IMG/VR virus record: IMGVR_UViG_3300045988_144476
Direction: 5' to 3' (one strand)
Origin: a virus
Length of the DNA stretch: 64,000 nt
Both the position numbers and the translations under genes were made by a program. Positions within the stretch are counted from its first letter, which is position 1; each line of letters begins with the position of its first letter. The notes beneath the pieces were generated by a model. The model was not told the DNA's origin and ran no database searches. It was given only the letters and a program-made list of their open reading frames with translations. This document shows, piece by piece, positions 25,205-36,500 of this stretch.

Positions 25205-28165
25205 TTAAGCAATTCTCTGCCAGATGTATACACCTTTATATGGTGGCATAATACTAAATGCGGAACCTGATCCATTTGAACCAGTAGTAGAAGCATTAGT
25301 AGAAACATTATGTCCATGTGTGCCTTGAGAATCAGTATCACCAAATCTCCAATCAGACGTATTATTACCACCACCATTTGCTCTTGCAGAGCCACCGGAT
25401 TTTGTTGCACAGTTATTAGTATATTTAGCTCTAACGTTATGAGCATGCGCTCCATTATTAGCAGCCCAACCACTTAATGCAGGAATACTATGAGTATGTG
25501 ACGGCATATTTCCAACGCCCAAAGAAACAGTGGACGCTCCACCTTGAGAATTTGGATTACCATAAAGGAATGTGTCACCTACATACTGCCAAGTACCAAA
25601 TCCGAAATAATCATGAACAGCTTGAGCACTTGTTAAAGCTGGTGCACCAGATAAAGTTTCATTGAAGTTTGTAAGTTTTCTATTGTTCCAAATAAAGATA
25701 TAACCAATAGGAACAAGTTTGTCTAATTTATCTTTTAGTATTTTACCTTGAGCAGCACTCAAACTCTGATCAGTAGAATCAGATGTCAAATTATTTACAC
25801 ATGGCCTCCAAGTATTAGTATCCGTAAATACTGCTCCAACAGGTACATTGGCATTAACTGTATGTCCATTAACAGTTGACGCATTACCTCCATTTGCAGG
25901 CAAAGAAGAAGGTCTACCGCTAATTTCTGACCAACTATAACTTGGCTTACTACTAGCTTTTGCCCAAGAATAAACATCACTCGCTGGCATTGAAGAAGGC
26001 CTACCAGAAACATTTCCCCAGGCAACTGAATTTGCACTACCAGCAGAATCTGCATATCCTGCACTAGAAACTTTGCTATCTGTAAATGCAATGGTTTTCC
26101 ATGCAGTTTTTGAGCCATTAACATTTCTTCTGAATTTAATAATGTCAGAATCAAATCTATAAGCCATTTCTTGCCAATAACCATTATTATAACCAGAATG
26201 TTGAGTTCTTACTACAGACCACCATGCTGAGTCAGGGCAAATAGTTGTATTTTCACTATATTGGAACATAAATAATCCATTGGTTGATTTATCTTCTGTA
26301 GGGTTGCAAGCAGTTTTGATTGCATAATTTGCGTAGCTTGCGCCATTAGCCCAATTTGCAGAACCGCCTGCTGAACTAGATCCCGCATAATTATGTGTAT
26401 GAGAACTTGGAGTAAAAGTACTTGGCTTTCCAGTAATCTCCCCCCAAGAATAACTTGGTTTTGAACTTGCTTTAGCCCAACTATATACGTCACTTGCAGG
26501 CAAAGAACCTGGTTTTCCTGATACATTGCTCCAAGCTACAGAGTTAGCTGATCCTGCGGAAGTTGCGTACTTAACACTTGCATTTCCAATATCAGAGATA
26601 TTTGAAATTGTATGGCTATGACTAGCTTGTGCGAACTGCGTTTTGTTTACAGCTCTTAATTCATTTCCATTCCAAGCCGCAAGCCATGTATAGTCAGCGT
26701 AATTCATACCTGCTTTTGAATATGCAAACGTTGTATGCGAACTACCATTTACATCTAACACATATGAATGTGTATGTGATGATGCAGCTTTTCCATCTAA
26801 AGCACTCTGTAATCCGCTTACTTGTGCAATAGTATGTGTGTGACTTGCGGAAGCTTTAGAATCGAGAATCGTTTGAAGATTTGATATTTGTGCTATTGTA
26901 TGAGTGTGAGATGAAGCAGCATAATTTCCCTTTACTTGATATACAGAATCAGCTTTACCCTTAATATAAGACCAAAGAGCAGAGTGTAATCTTCTAGTAT
27001 AAGTTGTAGTTGATGTGCCACCACCTGCATATTGAGCAATATAATAATCATCATCTGTTGGAGTAGAAGTTCCTTCATCCAGAGTGTTAATCATTGTGTT
27101 TAAATTATGACTATGACTCGTATCTGATTTACCGGCAAGTTTTGTATTCATTTCACTTTCCGTATAATAACGGTCATCATGAGTATGTCCTGTGTTGGAT
27201 TTACCATCCAGTTTTGAATTAATTTCAGATTCAGTATAGTATCTATCATCGTGAGTGTGAGCAGAAGGAACAAACGTACTCGGTTTTCCTGTTACACCGC
27301 TCCAAGGTACTGAAGTAGCAGATCCGGCTGTATAAATTGTATAACCAGCTTCTGATGAAAGTTTAGTATCATCAATAACCAGATACATCTTTGCATTAGC
27401 GTCTGTTCCAACTTTAACAGTATCACCATTCTGAACATCAGAAGTTGTAAGTTTGAATCTTGCCGCATCGTCAGTAACAATTTTGCATCTTTCTAATGCT
27501 CCAGCTGGAAGATGATCAATTCCAATTACCCCAGTAATTTTATCAGCACTAAGAGATGTAATATCTCCACTACCATGAGTGTGGGCTGATGGTGCATAAG
27601 TGGTTGGTGGATTTTTAACTCCAGACCAATCTACAGAAGATGCTGTACCTGCACTTCCGGCAGAAGTGGCATATTTTACTGATTTATCTTTGTCTGCTGT
27701 ATTATCTACATTTCCAAGTCCAACTTCAGCTTTTGTATATGTAGGTTTTGTTGAAGCTTTTGCCCATGCCGGAACGTCTGAAGCGGGCATACTTGTAGGA
27801 AAATCAGTAATATCAGCTTTTTTATGTGTATGTGAAGAGTCAGCTTTTCCTGCCAACTTAGAATTCATTTCTGTTTCAGTGAAATAACGATCGTCATGAT
27901 TATGATCTTCTGGTGGGAAAGTAGTAGGCTTTCCAGTAAGATTTGCCCAAGTCTGTACATCAAGGGCTTTATATGTTTTAGACGTATCATCCCAATAATA
28001 AGAAGCGTTTACTGTAGTATCTATGTAAATAATATTTTGTTCTCCCGTTTTTGGGAAGACCGAAAGTGATGCGTAAGGTTTTACGTCTTGATCATCTTTT
28101 ACATATTCTTTAATGTATCCGATGAGTTCTGTCAAACCAGAGTCATTCAAAAATTGTTGTTTCAT
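25205..28165 (-). CDS. Long tail fibre, HxH-repeat shaft with tail-collar-like tip
   Basis: 986 aa. 14 HxH motifs (SHTH, GHTH, SHSH, HNH...). Repeated DDRYYTESE.NSKL and PASDVYSWAKASSKPSYSW units. C-terminal MPSHTH...IMPPYKGVYIW. Confidence 0.85.
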   Translation of the reverse strand: MKQQFLNDSGLTELIGYIKEYVKDDQDVKPYASLSVFPKTGEQNIIYIDTTVNASYYWDDTSKTYKALDVQTWANLTGKPTTFPPEDHNHDDRYFTETEMNSKLAGKADSSHTHKKADITDFPTSMPASDVPAWAKASTKPTYTKAEVGLGNVDNTADKDKSVKYATSAGSAGTASSVDWSGVKNPPTTYAPSAHTHGSGDITSLSADKITGVIGIDHLPAGALERCKIVTDDAARFKLTTSDVQNGDTVKVGTDANAKMYLVIDDTKLSSEAGYTIYTAGSATSVPWSGVTGKPSTFVPSAHTHDDRYYTESEINSKLDGKSNTGHTHDDRYYTESEMNTKLAGKSDTSHSHNLNTMINTLDEGTSTPTDDDYYIAQYAGGGTSTTTYTRRLHSALWSYIKGKADSVYQVKGNYAASSHTHTIAQISNLQTILDSKASASHTHTIAQVSGLQSALDGKAASSHTHSYVLDVNGSSHTTFAYSKAGMNYADYTWLAAWNGNELRAVNKTQFAQASHSHTISNISDIGNASVKYATSAGSANSVAWSNVSGKPGSLPASDVYSWAKASSKPSYSWGEITGKPSTFTPSSHTHNYAGSSSAGGSANWANGASYANYAIKTACNPTEDKSTNGLFMFQYSENTTICPDSAWWSVVRTQHSGYNNGYWQEMAYRFDSDIIKFRRNVNGSKTAWKTIAFTDSKVSSAGYADSAGSANSVAWGNVSGRPSSMPASDVYSWAKASSKPSYSWSEISGRPSSLPANGGNASTVNGHTVNANVPVGAVFTDTNTWRPCVNNLTSDSTDQSLSAAQGKILKDKLDKLVPIGYIFIWNNRKLTNFNETLSGAPALTSAQAVHDYFGFGTWQYVGDTFLYGNPNSQGGASTVSLGVGNMPSHTHSIPALSGWAANNGAHAHNVRAKYTNNCATKSGGSARANGGGNNTSDWRFGDTDSQGTHGHNVSTNASTTGSNGSGSAFSIMPPYKGVYIWQRIA

Positions 28166-28185
28166 TTACCCATCGTATCCTTTCT

Positions 28186-28227
28186 AAATATAAAATACAC
28201 CAGAGGAGATTCGAACTCCCCTAGTGT
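28186..28227 (-). terminator. Hairpin plus U-rich tract after the 357-aa fibrous protein gene
   Basis: - strand acactaggggag-uucgaau-cuccucuggugu (10 of 12 bp) then auuuuauauuu. The loop contains the TTCGAATCTC motif. Confidence 0.5.
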
Positions 28228-28241
28228 TGAATTAGACTAAC

Positions 28242-29315
28242 TTATTCGGTTGCAAAAAGAGCTTTAATCTTTTCAGATGGAATAGCTTCGTATCCATCAC
28301 CTACAAGACCCTGGAGTGCAGAAATTGCATTTGCATTAGCTGCAATCTTAGGTTTTTCTGTAGCCATATCGGTTTCAAGAGTTTTTACTTTACCTTCAAC
28401 AGTAGTTACTCTACCTGATACGGCTGTGATATTATCAGCATTTTTCTTATCAGCAGCTTCAAGAGTTGGAACTTTATCTTCAAGAGTCTTGATTCTACCA
28501 ACAGCGGCTGTAAGGTCTTCAGCTTTTGCATACTGAGAAAGATCAGAATCAGCAAGTGCTTTAGATACATATTCAGCAATGTAACCTACAATATCTTTAG
28601 ATGTAGCAGATTCTGGAAGAGTACCAATCAGAGTTTTCAGTTTGGCAATATCTTCTTTATTAGTCTTAATCTGACTGTTCATACCAGCAGCGTCAGATGC
28701 ATGAGTTGAAATCCAATCAGAAATTTCTTTCAGTGTGTCATATGCTTCCGGAGCACCATTAACAATAGCGGCTACAGCGTCAGATACTGCTTTCTTAACA
28801 GATCCATCACCTGTTCCATTCAGGGTTTCGATAGCAGCGGTATTGGCATTTACTTTGCCTTTAAGTTCAGAGTCATCATAAGAGCCTGTCTTAACAGCCT
28901 CTTTAATATAAGCAACTACATCTTTTGCTTTTGCATCGGCTGGAATAGTACCAACATAGGTCATAACCTCGCCTTTAGCTTTAGTAGCAGCACCAGCAAC
29001 TTCAAAATCTGTTACGGCTTTACCGGAATCAACAAGGTTTCCGTTAGCATCAAGACCTGCAAGATGACCATTAACAGCACCTGTTACTTTGTCAGCTTTT
29101 GCATTGTCTTTTGGCAGAGTAATAGTGAATACTGCATCTTCAACTGTTACAGGAGCGGTCTTTGCATAGAAATACAGAGTGAATCCATCAGTAGACTGAG
29201 ATACTGTTTTAATTGAACTCTTTACTGCTTCAGAGATTTTTGCATCAATCTGAACATTATGAAGTGAGAGAAATTCGGTAAGATTGGAAAGTGTAGCGAA
29301 CTGTAATTTAGCCAT
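28242..29315 (-). CDS. Ala/Lys-rich fibrous structural protein
   Basis: 357 aa. Strong RBS AAGGAGGAAG. Coiled-coil repeats (TLE.KV..LE). Followed by a terminator-like hairpin, so probably abundant. Confidence 0.65.
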   Translation of the reverse strand: MAKLQFATLSNLTEFLSLHNVQIDAKISEAVKSSIKTVSQSTDGFTLYFYAKTAPVTVEDAVFTITLPKDNAKADKVTGAVNGHLAGLDANGNLVDSGKAVTDFEVAGAATKAKGEVMTYVGTIPADAKAKDVVAYIKEAVKTGSYDDSELKGKVNANTAAIETLNGTGDGSVKKAVSDAVAAIVNGAPEAYDTLKEISDWISTHASDAAGMNSQIKTNKEDIAKLKTLIGTLPESATSKDIVGYIAEYVSKALADSDLSQYAKAEDLTAAVGRIKTLEDKVPTLEAADKKNADNITAVSGRVTTVEGKVKTLETDMATEKPKIAANANAISALQGLVGDGYEAIPSEKIKALFATE

Positions 29316-29329
29316 ATTAAGCTTCCTCC

Positions 29330-30202
29330 TTAATTATTAAAAATGTTTGTTAGTTCTTCAGTGGAAATTCCACCGATTTTTTTATCTAATGCACTGTCAA
29401 GCTTTTCATCTAACTGTTGATCGATGATGTCTGCAACAGATTCCTGGATTGTTTTCGTAATGAATTCCTTTGCAGCATCAGCAGACATATAATTCTGGTC
29501 AGCAATCCAGTTTTCTGTAATATACTTATCAGTACGATATGTTCCGTCTGTTTGCAAAAAATAAAGCACTATTGAAGTGCCTTGCATTTTTGTGATAGTC
29601 ATTTTCTTTTCAAGTTCTGGATCGTGGGAAATAAAGAATAAAACATCTTCAGCAGAAGACTGGACAGTAGGATTAGATTGGCTAATAATATATTGGCCTT
29701 TGATTTTATATATACCATCTTCAAGAGATGAAATATAAACAGGAGCATTAAGAGAACCAATAAGATTTTCAATTGGTTTATCAGATAATTTATTATAAGA
29801 AAGACTATTGATATAATCCACGACAGTAGATTTGTCTTCAAGATTACCAACAATATCATCAAGCAATTTACCAACATCAGCAGCTTTGATATATTGATCA
29901 AGTCCAATAGATGTTTTTACCTGTTCAATAATATGTTGTGCATCTTCTTCAGTCATTGACATATCAAATGAATAAATAAGATTCCCATTTGAATAGAACA
30001 TAAGATTTGTTCCGATAAATTTAATATCTGTTATCTGATTAGTTCCATTAATATATTGTAATTTGTTATCTTGAGTAACCCAGGCTAAAGATTTTGTATC
30101 CTGTATAAAACACATACCTGGATATTTTAAAATACCTCTTTCGAGGGCTTTTTCAACTATAGCTTTTGTTGAGGCAGAAAACCAAGATGGGATTAATGCC
30201 AT
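29330..30202 (-). CDS. Structural protein, unknown function (290 aa)
   Basis: ORF in the fibre/baseplate operon with an AAGGAGG-type RBS. Confidence 0.6.
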   Translation of the reverse strand: MALIPSWFSASTKAIVEKALERGILKYPGMCFIQDTKSLAWVTQDNKLQYINGTNQITDIKFIGTNLMFYSNGNLIYSFDMSMTEEDAQHIIEQVKTSIGLDQYIKAADVGKLLDDIVGNLEDKSTVVDYINSLSYNKLSDKPIENLIGSLNAPVYISSLEDGIYKIKGQYIISQSNPTVQSSAEDVLFFISHDPELEKKMTITKMQGTSIVLYFLQTDGTYRTDKYITENWIADQNYMSADAAKEFITKTIQESVADIIDQQLDEKLDSALDKKIGGISTEELTNIFNN

Positions 30203-30209
30203 TTTGTGA

Positions 30210-30458
30210 TCACCTCTCTTTGCTTAATTCTTCATATTCTGGTTTCGTAATTTCAATTATTTCATATTCTGTATTGTCAGGCGGGAAATTATATAAACCT
30301 TCAATGTGCCAGCCGTGTATCCCGTCTGAACTCAGAATAGCTTCTGCTTCCTGAATATTGCACAGGAGCAGTAAATTATGTTTTTCTTGATATTTTATGT
30401 AATTGATATTCTTAAGAACATCAACTACTTTATTTTCTTTTAATACTTTATAATACAT
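30210..30458 (-). CDS. Hypothetical protein (82 aa)
   Basis: Track ORF 30210..30503 trimmed to ATG 30458, which is preceded by AAGGTGGTG. The upstream part is a terminator hairpin. Confidence 0.5.
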   Translation of the reverse strand: MYYKVLKENKVVDVLKNINYIKYQEKHNLLLLCNIQEAEAILSSDGIHGWHIEGLYNFPPDNTEYEIIEITKPEYEELSKER

Positions 30459-30471
30459 TTGGCACCACCTT

Positions 30472-30498
30472 AAAAATGGCAAGGACATCTCTGTCCTT
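30472..30498 (-). terminator. Hairpin plus U-tract after the 2413-aa gene
   Basis: - strand aaggaca-gaga-tgtcctt then gccauuuuua. Confidence 0.45.
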
Positions 30499-30509
30499 AC
30501 CAAATATTT

Positions 30510-33500
30510 TTATGCTTCACAGGAAATTGAGAACATGAAGAGAATTCCGGCAACCTGTGGATAGAAATATCCATTAACTTTACCAGGGTTATCTTCACCA
30601 CCATCAACTCCCCATTGCCATGTTCCAACATTCTGGTCAACATTTGCAGATCTAGTAGGGTATGCTTCATATTTTTCAGGTGTTGAAACTTTAGATCTCT
30701 GACGGGAAATATCACTTGTCATAAATGATATTGTTGCATCAGTCTCAGATGTATATGGTTCATTTGTAATTGTCGGATCAATTTCATAAATTGAAGGAAT
30801 AAAGAAATAACATTCAGACATAGAAGTTGATTTATCTTTATTCGCATTGTTGGCATATACATTAACTTTCTTAATAAGAGATTTCCATAAAGGAGAAATT
30901 GCTTTTGGCAATCTGGTATTAAGCCAGGTATTAAGAGGTGACTTGCTCCATCCTCCAGAAACATTTCCATAAGAATGGTTTGTACTTAACAGATTTTTAC
31001 CAATAAATGTAATATTTGCTCTCTTAGTTGTATTATCAGATAAATAATACTCTTTATACTTTGCAACCATCATAGGGATAGTTTCATGTACCCAAGCGGC
31101 AATTTCTTTACATTCATTCTCACCAAGATCTGCATACCACAATTTAGCCCAATGAATCTTACCTTTTGCATACTTCTCATATTCACCATCATCAGCCTTA
31201 GAACATCCAAATACAAGAGTAGATGGAATCACAGGAATTCTGATAGCAGCAAGAGTAGTAGTTGATACTTCATTTCCAGTTAGATTAGAGCAGTATATAT
31301 ATGCCTGTTCGCTTCCGGCTTCATGCCGGATAACAACAAGCTCTCTATTTCCAACATTTGCAGGACTCGTGCTTTTAGTTCCCCAGTTAAGGTTTACGTT
31401 TGAGCTATACCATAATCTGAATCCATTTGAACCATTTGATTGGAAACATTGTGCGAGAGTAGCACCAGAAGTGTTTCCATTATCAAATTCAAAATCAATC
31501 GCAAATGTAAAATCACGGTCTTTATCCATAATAGTAGTATTAGTATCAATGTAATTAGTACCATCGAATTCAGTCGTTTCAGATATAAATTCTTTACTTT
31601 CTACATCATCATAATTATAATCCACACCAAGTTTGAAATTTAATACATCTCCGGATGTTGTTTTTGATTGTTCAAGATTCATCTTCATCAGAGTATATAA
31701 TTCAACTTCTGATAAATTTTCTAAATCTTTTCCGTCAAAATATCCATCAGTGTATGCACAAGAATCAAATACACTATAGATTTTCTTATCACCTGTAATA
31801 AGACCAGATTTATCCCATTCTTTAAATAAGTAATATTTAAATGCAGATTCTTCGGCTGTATATTTAGGGATATCTCCTTCATATTCAATCGTTGAACCAT
31901 ATGGGCCAGTAGAAGACTGTAATACAGTTTCTGCTGCATTTTTATTTGCTTTCAAAATATATTGGACTGTATAATTTCTAACAGAAGGTTCATATACAGC
32001 AGTTATAGTTCTGTCTGCAAACACTTTTGTAAATGCTGCGTCCCAATGCTTAAATGTAAAATCATTCTCGACTGTACTTGGAATGGTAGGAGTCTTAATT
32101 GGATTTGTAGCTCTTGTCAAAGGATCTTCGCCATCGGCACCAATATCTACATACTGAATATCAAGAACTGTGTGTGCCTCATCAGCATTGACACAGGTGA
32201 TTTTGTACTGAACAATAAGAGAATCATAAGTAATTTCAAGTCCAGTCCAAATACCTTTATGGGTATCATTTCCAACATATTCCAGAAGTTCCTGGTTACG
32301 AATAACAGGTACATGAATAGTTCCGGTAAGAACTGAATGTTCAGTATTGAATTCGTTTTCATCTTTTCCGGTAAGTTTTGATAATACTTTAAGAATATCT
32401 GTGTTTTCCAGATTCCAGTTGATTCCTGTTACGGTTACAGTCTTAAGAGATTTAATAGCTTTCTGAATAATGCCTAAAGCATCAACTTTAGAATTTCTAC
32501 AAATGAAAGTTTCAAGATTTTCATAAGAAGGAATTACTAAATCAGTAAGATTCTGTAAATCTCTAAATGTAAGAGCATTGATTGTTGCTGGGAGATAAAC
32601 ATGTGTAATCTTTCCGTGTGTAGCAAATGATACAGAAGAAATGATTGTTCCTGATGCATTTAATTTCAGAAGATTTTCACATGCAGAAAGATTAATAGAA
32701 CCTGTAAGGTTTGGACAATTCTGAACGTCAAGTTCTTCAAGAAGAGTATTGTTACCCATGTTCAGATTTGTTAAGAAGGAGTTTTGATATCCTTCTTTGT
32801 TACTGCCAATAATAAGAGTTTTCAATTTAGATGCTTTTGAGAAATCATTATCATGGATATAACAAGCTGATAAATCGTTTAAAGCTTGGATTCTGGACGC
32901 ACAGTAGATTAATACTGCGGTATCATCCATGTTTGTGAGAGTAGTAGTGATTTCATATTCCTGTCCAGCTTTAGCACGTACCTGAGTAGGATTTGCTGAG
33001 TTACCATATAATACGGAGATATACATATCAGAATATGGAATAATTCTTAATGTATAATCTGGTTTAACAACAGCCTGTTTAGGAGTATTACATCTGAACA
33101 TAATCTGGTCAGATTTTACATCTGTGTGAACGAATTTGGTTCCCATATAAGCATGTTGATCACGTTCCCACTGTGCAAGATGATATATTCCACGACCATT
33201 CATCATTTCCTGTAAGAATCTTACAGTGCCTGCTCTATAAGTTCTGAAATATAATCTATCATAATGAAGTCTCCAGAGTTCTTCTGGGAATTGATTCTGC
33301 CAAGCCTTATATTCATTAATCAGATGGGTATCAGACCAACAGTTAGCATCTACGGACTGATACATATTTCTTAATTGTGGTTGCATGAGATCACGGATCC
33401 TACACCATAATGTTGATTCAGCAGCATTAAATACATAACCAGAAGAAGGCTTACCATCTTCTTTATAATCAGTATCTTCTTTTCCATATGGAAAAACTAA

Positions 33501-36500
33501 TTCACCACTGTTATTAATTCCAAGCTGAGTATCCATATCATATGCCCAGAAATCAAATCTATATCCATTATGAATTGCAGCAGCATTATCATCTATTGTA
33601 TAATACTGGGCTTTATCTCCAGCTTCAGCAGCTTCAGATGTACTCATGTAATGTTTAGCCCAATGAGGAAAAACATTCTTTGCTCGGTTGTCAATCATGC
33701 TATATCTAAGAGTAACTAAATAGAAGTATAATGTTGTTTCTTTGATAACCCAATCTCCTAAATGAGCAACGAAATCTTCGTCAGAAGAAGTAACTATAAA
33801 TTCATAGAAATCACGCCATATCTGACGGTTGTTTGTACGAATCTTTTCCTTCTCTTCATCTGTAGAAATAGCAGAACCATCTTTAGAATCTCCACAACAA
33901 TCGTATCTAAATTCAAATGATCCGTCCCAATTATTGTAAAGATTGTCATAAGCAGTATTTCCTGCTTTCCATTCTGCTTTTGTAATTGGATATTTTGGTG
34001 TTCCGTCTGGATTTGTTACTCCCGTCTGGAATGCAGAGTTTGGAAGAGTATTATCTGAAATCTCAATACAAAATTCCTTCATATCATCTGGATCATAAGC
34101 TCTTGTAACATCTGTCTTTTTGGAATCACCCATATTGCCTAAACTATAGAAATGCCAATCAGTGTCTTGGAATTCTCTATGAGTAGATACGTCTGGATCG
34201 TTCTCTTTAAGGAAGATTACACAGTTTACGAACTCCATAGAGTTCTTTACTTTCGGATCTCTTTTAGTTCCTGGACTTGTATATGGAAGAAAATCATTAA
34301 ATCTCTTTTGTCCTAATGCGTTTGTAGCCATGTTAGAACTTGCTACATTCACCTTGAAATTCCACCAGTTATTAGGCACTGAATTTCTCGTAAGAGATAT
34401 TTTACCTGTTCCATCAGTAGTTTTACTTCCGTCCCCAAGTTCAAGAATCGTTTTATAATTAGGATCTAATTTGATTTTACTATTAACCTGATGTTCACCA
34501 TCAAAACAACAGATAACATCGATATTTCTTGCAGCAAAACCATATTCATTAGATGTTGTACCCTGGCCAGCATGATAGCAATTGGTAAATTTCCAGTTAT
34601 CAAGAACTGGATCACCATTTGTATAAATACACTGCATGGAGGTATTTTTTACGAAGTCCTTCTTATCATTTGTAAAATGAGGAGCTTCAATTTTAATAAT
34701 TCTCAAATCTGGACATGCTTTTGCAACTGACTCTGGAGTAAGTGAATTATTTTCATCATAAATCTGATTACGTTCATATCTTGCAATCATATCATCAGAA
34801 TCTCTGGCATCCGCAATAAAGTTAGAAAGAATATCTGTATCAGTTAAAGCTGCAGAATAGGCTTTCATTCGATAAACATATACATCACAGTCATCAGAAC
34901 CAATAGTAATTGGTACAGGAGAATATTGATATAATCTATGAACATCATTATATATCATAGGTCTGCTACCAACGCCATCTTCATAAGTCATAACAATAGA
35001 AGTAGCCCCGTCAGTTTTTGTATCCAAGGCATTGATATTAAATTCATATTCAATAATGTCTTCTTCACTGTATGGAAAATACAGACTATCTGTAGAAGAA
35101 TAAATATTTGCTTCATGAACATTCATTTCAAGACCAACTTTATCATCAGTAGTTGGGATACAAGACAAGAAAGTAGCAGAAGCATCACGAACATTTGTAG
35201 TTTTAAATACAATCTTAAATTCAGAACCTGTCTGTTTCGGATCAGTTCCAAAAAGATTATAATTAATAGTAGCAGTTGTTCCGGCTTTTACACAGAAATA
35301 TTGACTTCCATCTGAATCAAGCTGATATCCACCATTAGACCAGTCAAAGTTATCAGATACAGTCATATTTACATTTGTATGTGTCTTATCTGTCCAAAGT
35401 CTATTTTCGTCACTGTTTGAATATCCTGTTGGATTAAAATCAAATTCAAGATTTGCAGTAACTGGCTCAACATCAATATCCAGTTTTTCAATGTTTGCTT
35501 TTAGAATTTTTGTAACCTTTCGACAGGAAATAGTTAAATTATGGTTTCCAATATCAGATGATTTATAACTCCAGGTCTGCGCTGTACGATTAACAGATAA
35601 TGTAGATACAGTATTTCCATCTATGGCTAATTTTACTGTTGCTGGATTATGATCTGGATCATATACAACATAAGGAATATTTGTCGCATGATACTGCTGA
35701 GTTGTAAATTCTTGCATTGAACAACCAATAATAGGAGTTCTGTCATCCGGATTGACCCATATAATATCTTTAATAATTGTCTCTGACTGAATGTCCTGGT
35801 TATTTACAGTAGCAGTCATATATACTTTAAGTAGGTGCGCTCCGTGAGATTGTTTTGTAAGAACATAGGATAACTGTCTACCAGAGGCAGTAGTGTTGAT
35901 TGAATCTAACTCAACGCCATCAAGAATAAAATGTACTGTTTTATTAATATTTCCATAAGGGATATATCTGAATGAGACTTCATCAGAATAGAAGAGTGTA
36001 TCATTAAAAGAACTCTCTAATTTAAAATCGACAATTGTGATTGTCCATGTTTTCGTTGAGAGAGTGCCTACGCTATCAGTGATTGATAATCTAATAGAAT
36101 TTGTACCTGTTTTAAGAAACTCTGTAAGATCAATACTATTTTTACCCTGACCAACTGTAAGAGTAGAAACCGTTGTATTGTCTATTTTCCAAACCGCTGT
36201 ACCAATACCTGTTGAATCACCAACATTATCAACTGATGACCAGGTATATTCAATAACAGATTTATTACCCAATAAGAAAATGGCATCAGCTGGAGTAATA
36301 CGTTCAATTGTCATTGTAGAAGTAGTAGTTCCACCACCGCCTCCACCTTGAATTGTAAATGTTTTAATGGTTTCTCCATTTTCTTTCCAGTAGAAAATAT
36401 TATCAGCATAATCAACATCATATTCAGTGGATGCCGGATTTTCTTCTAATTTTTTAACCCTTCCTTCCAGAGTATCAAAATTCGTTCCTAAACTATCAAC

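Noticed and set aside
25198-27887. Multiple 60-130-aa ORFs in other frames or strands inside the long-fibre gene (also inside the 2413-aa, TMP and nrdJ genes)
   Set aside because: They are fully nested in strongly supported long ORFs. Their translations are low-complexity (L/Q/M/V-rich). They lack RBSs. I read them as compositional artefacts.
23426-28165. Diversity-generating retroelement or invertible (Gin/Cin-type) switch for the duplicated fibre tips
   Set aside because: There is no reverse transcriptase or serine invertase in the window. The two tip copies are in the same orientation and too diverged for a TR/VR pair. I saw no flanking inverted repeats.
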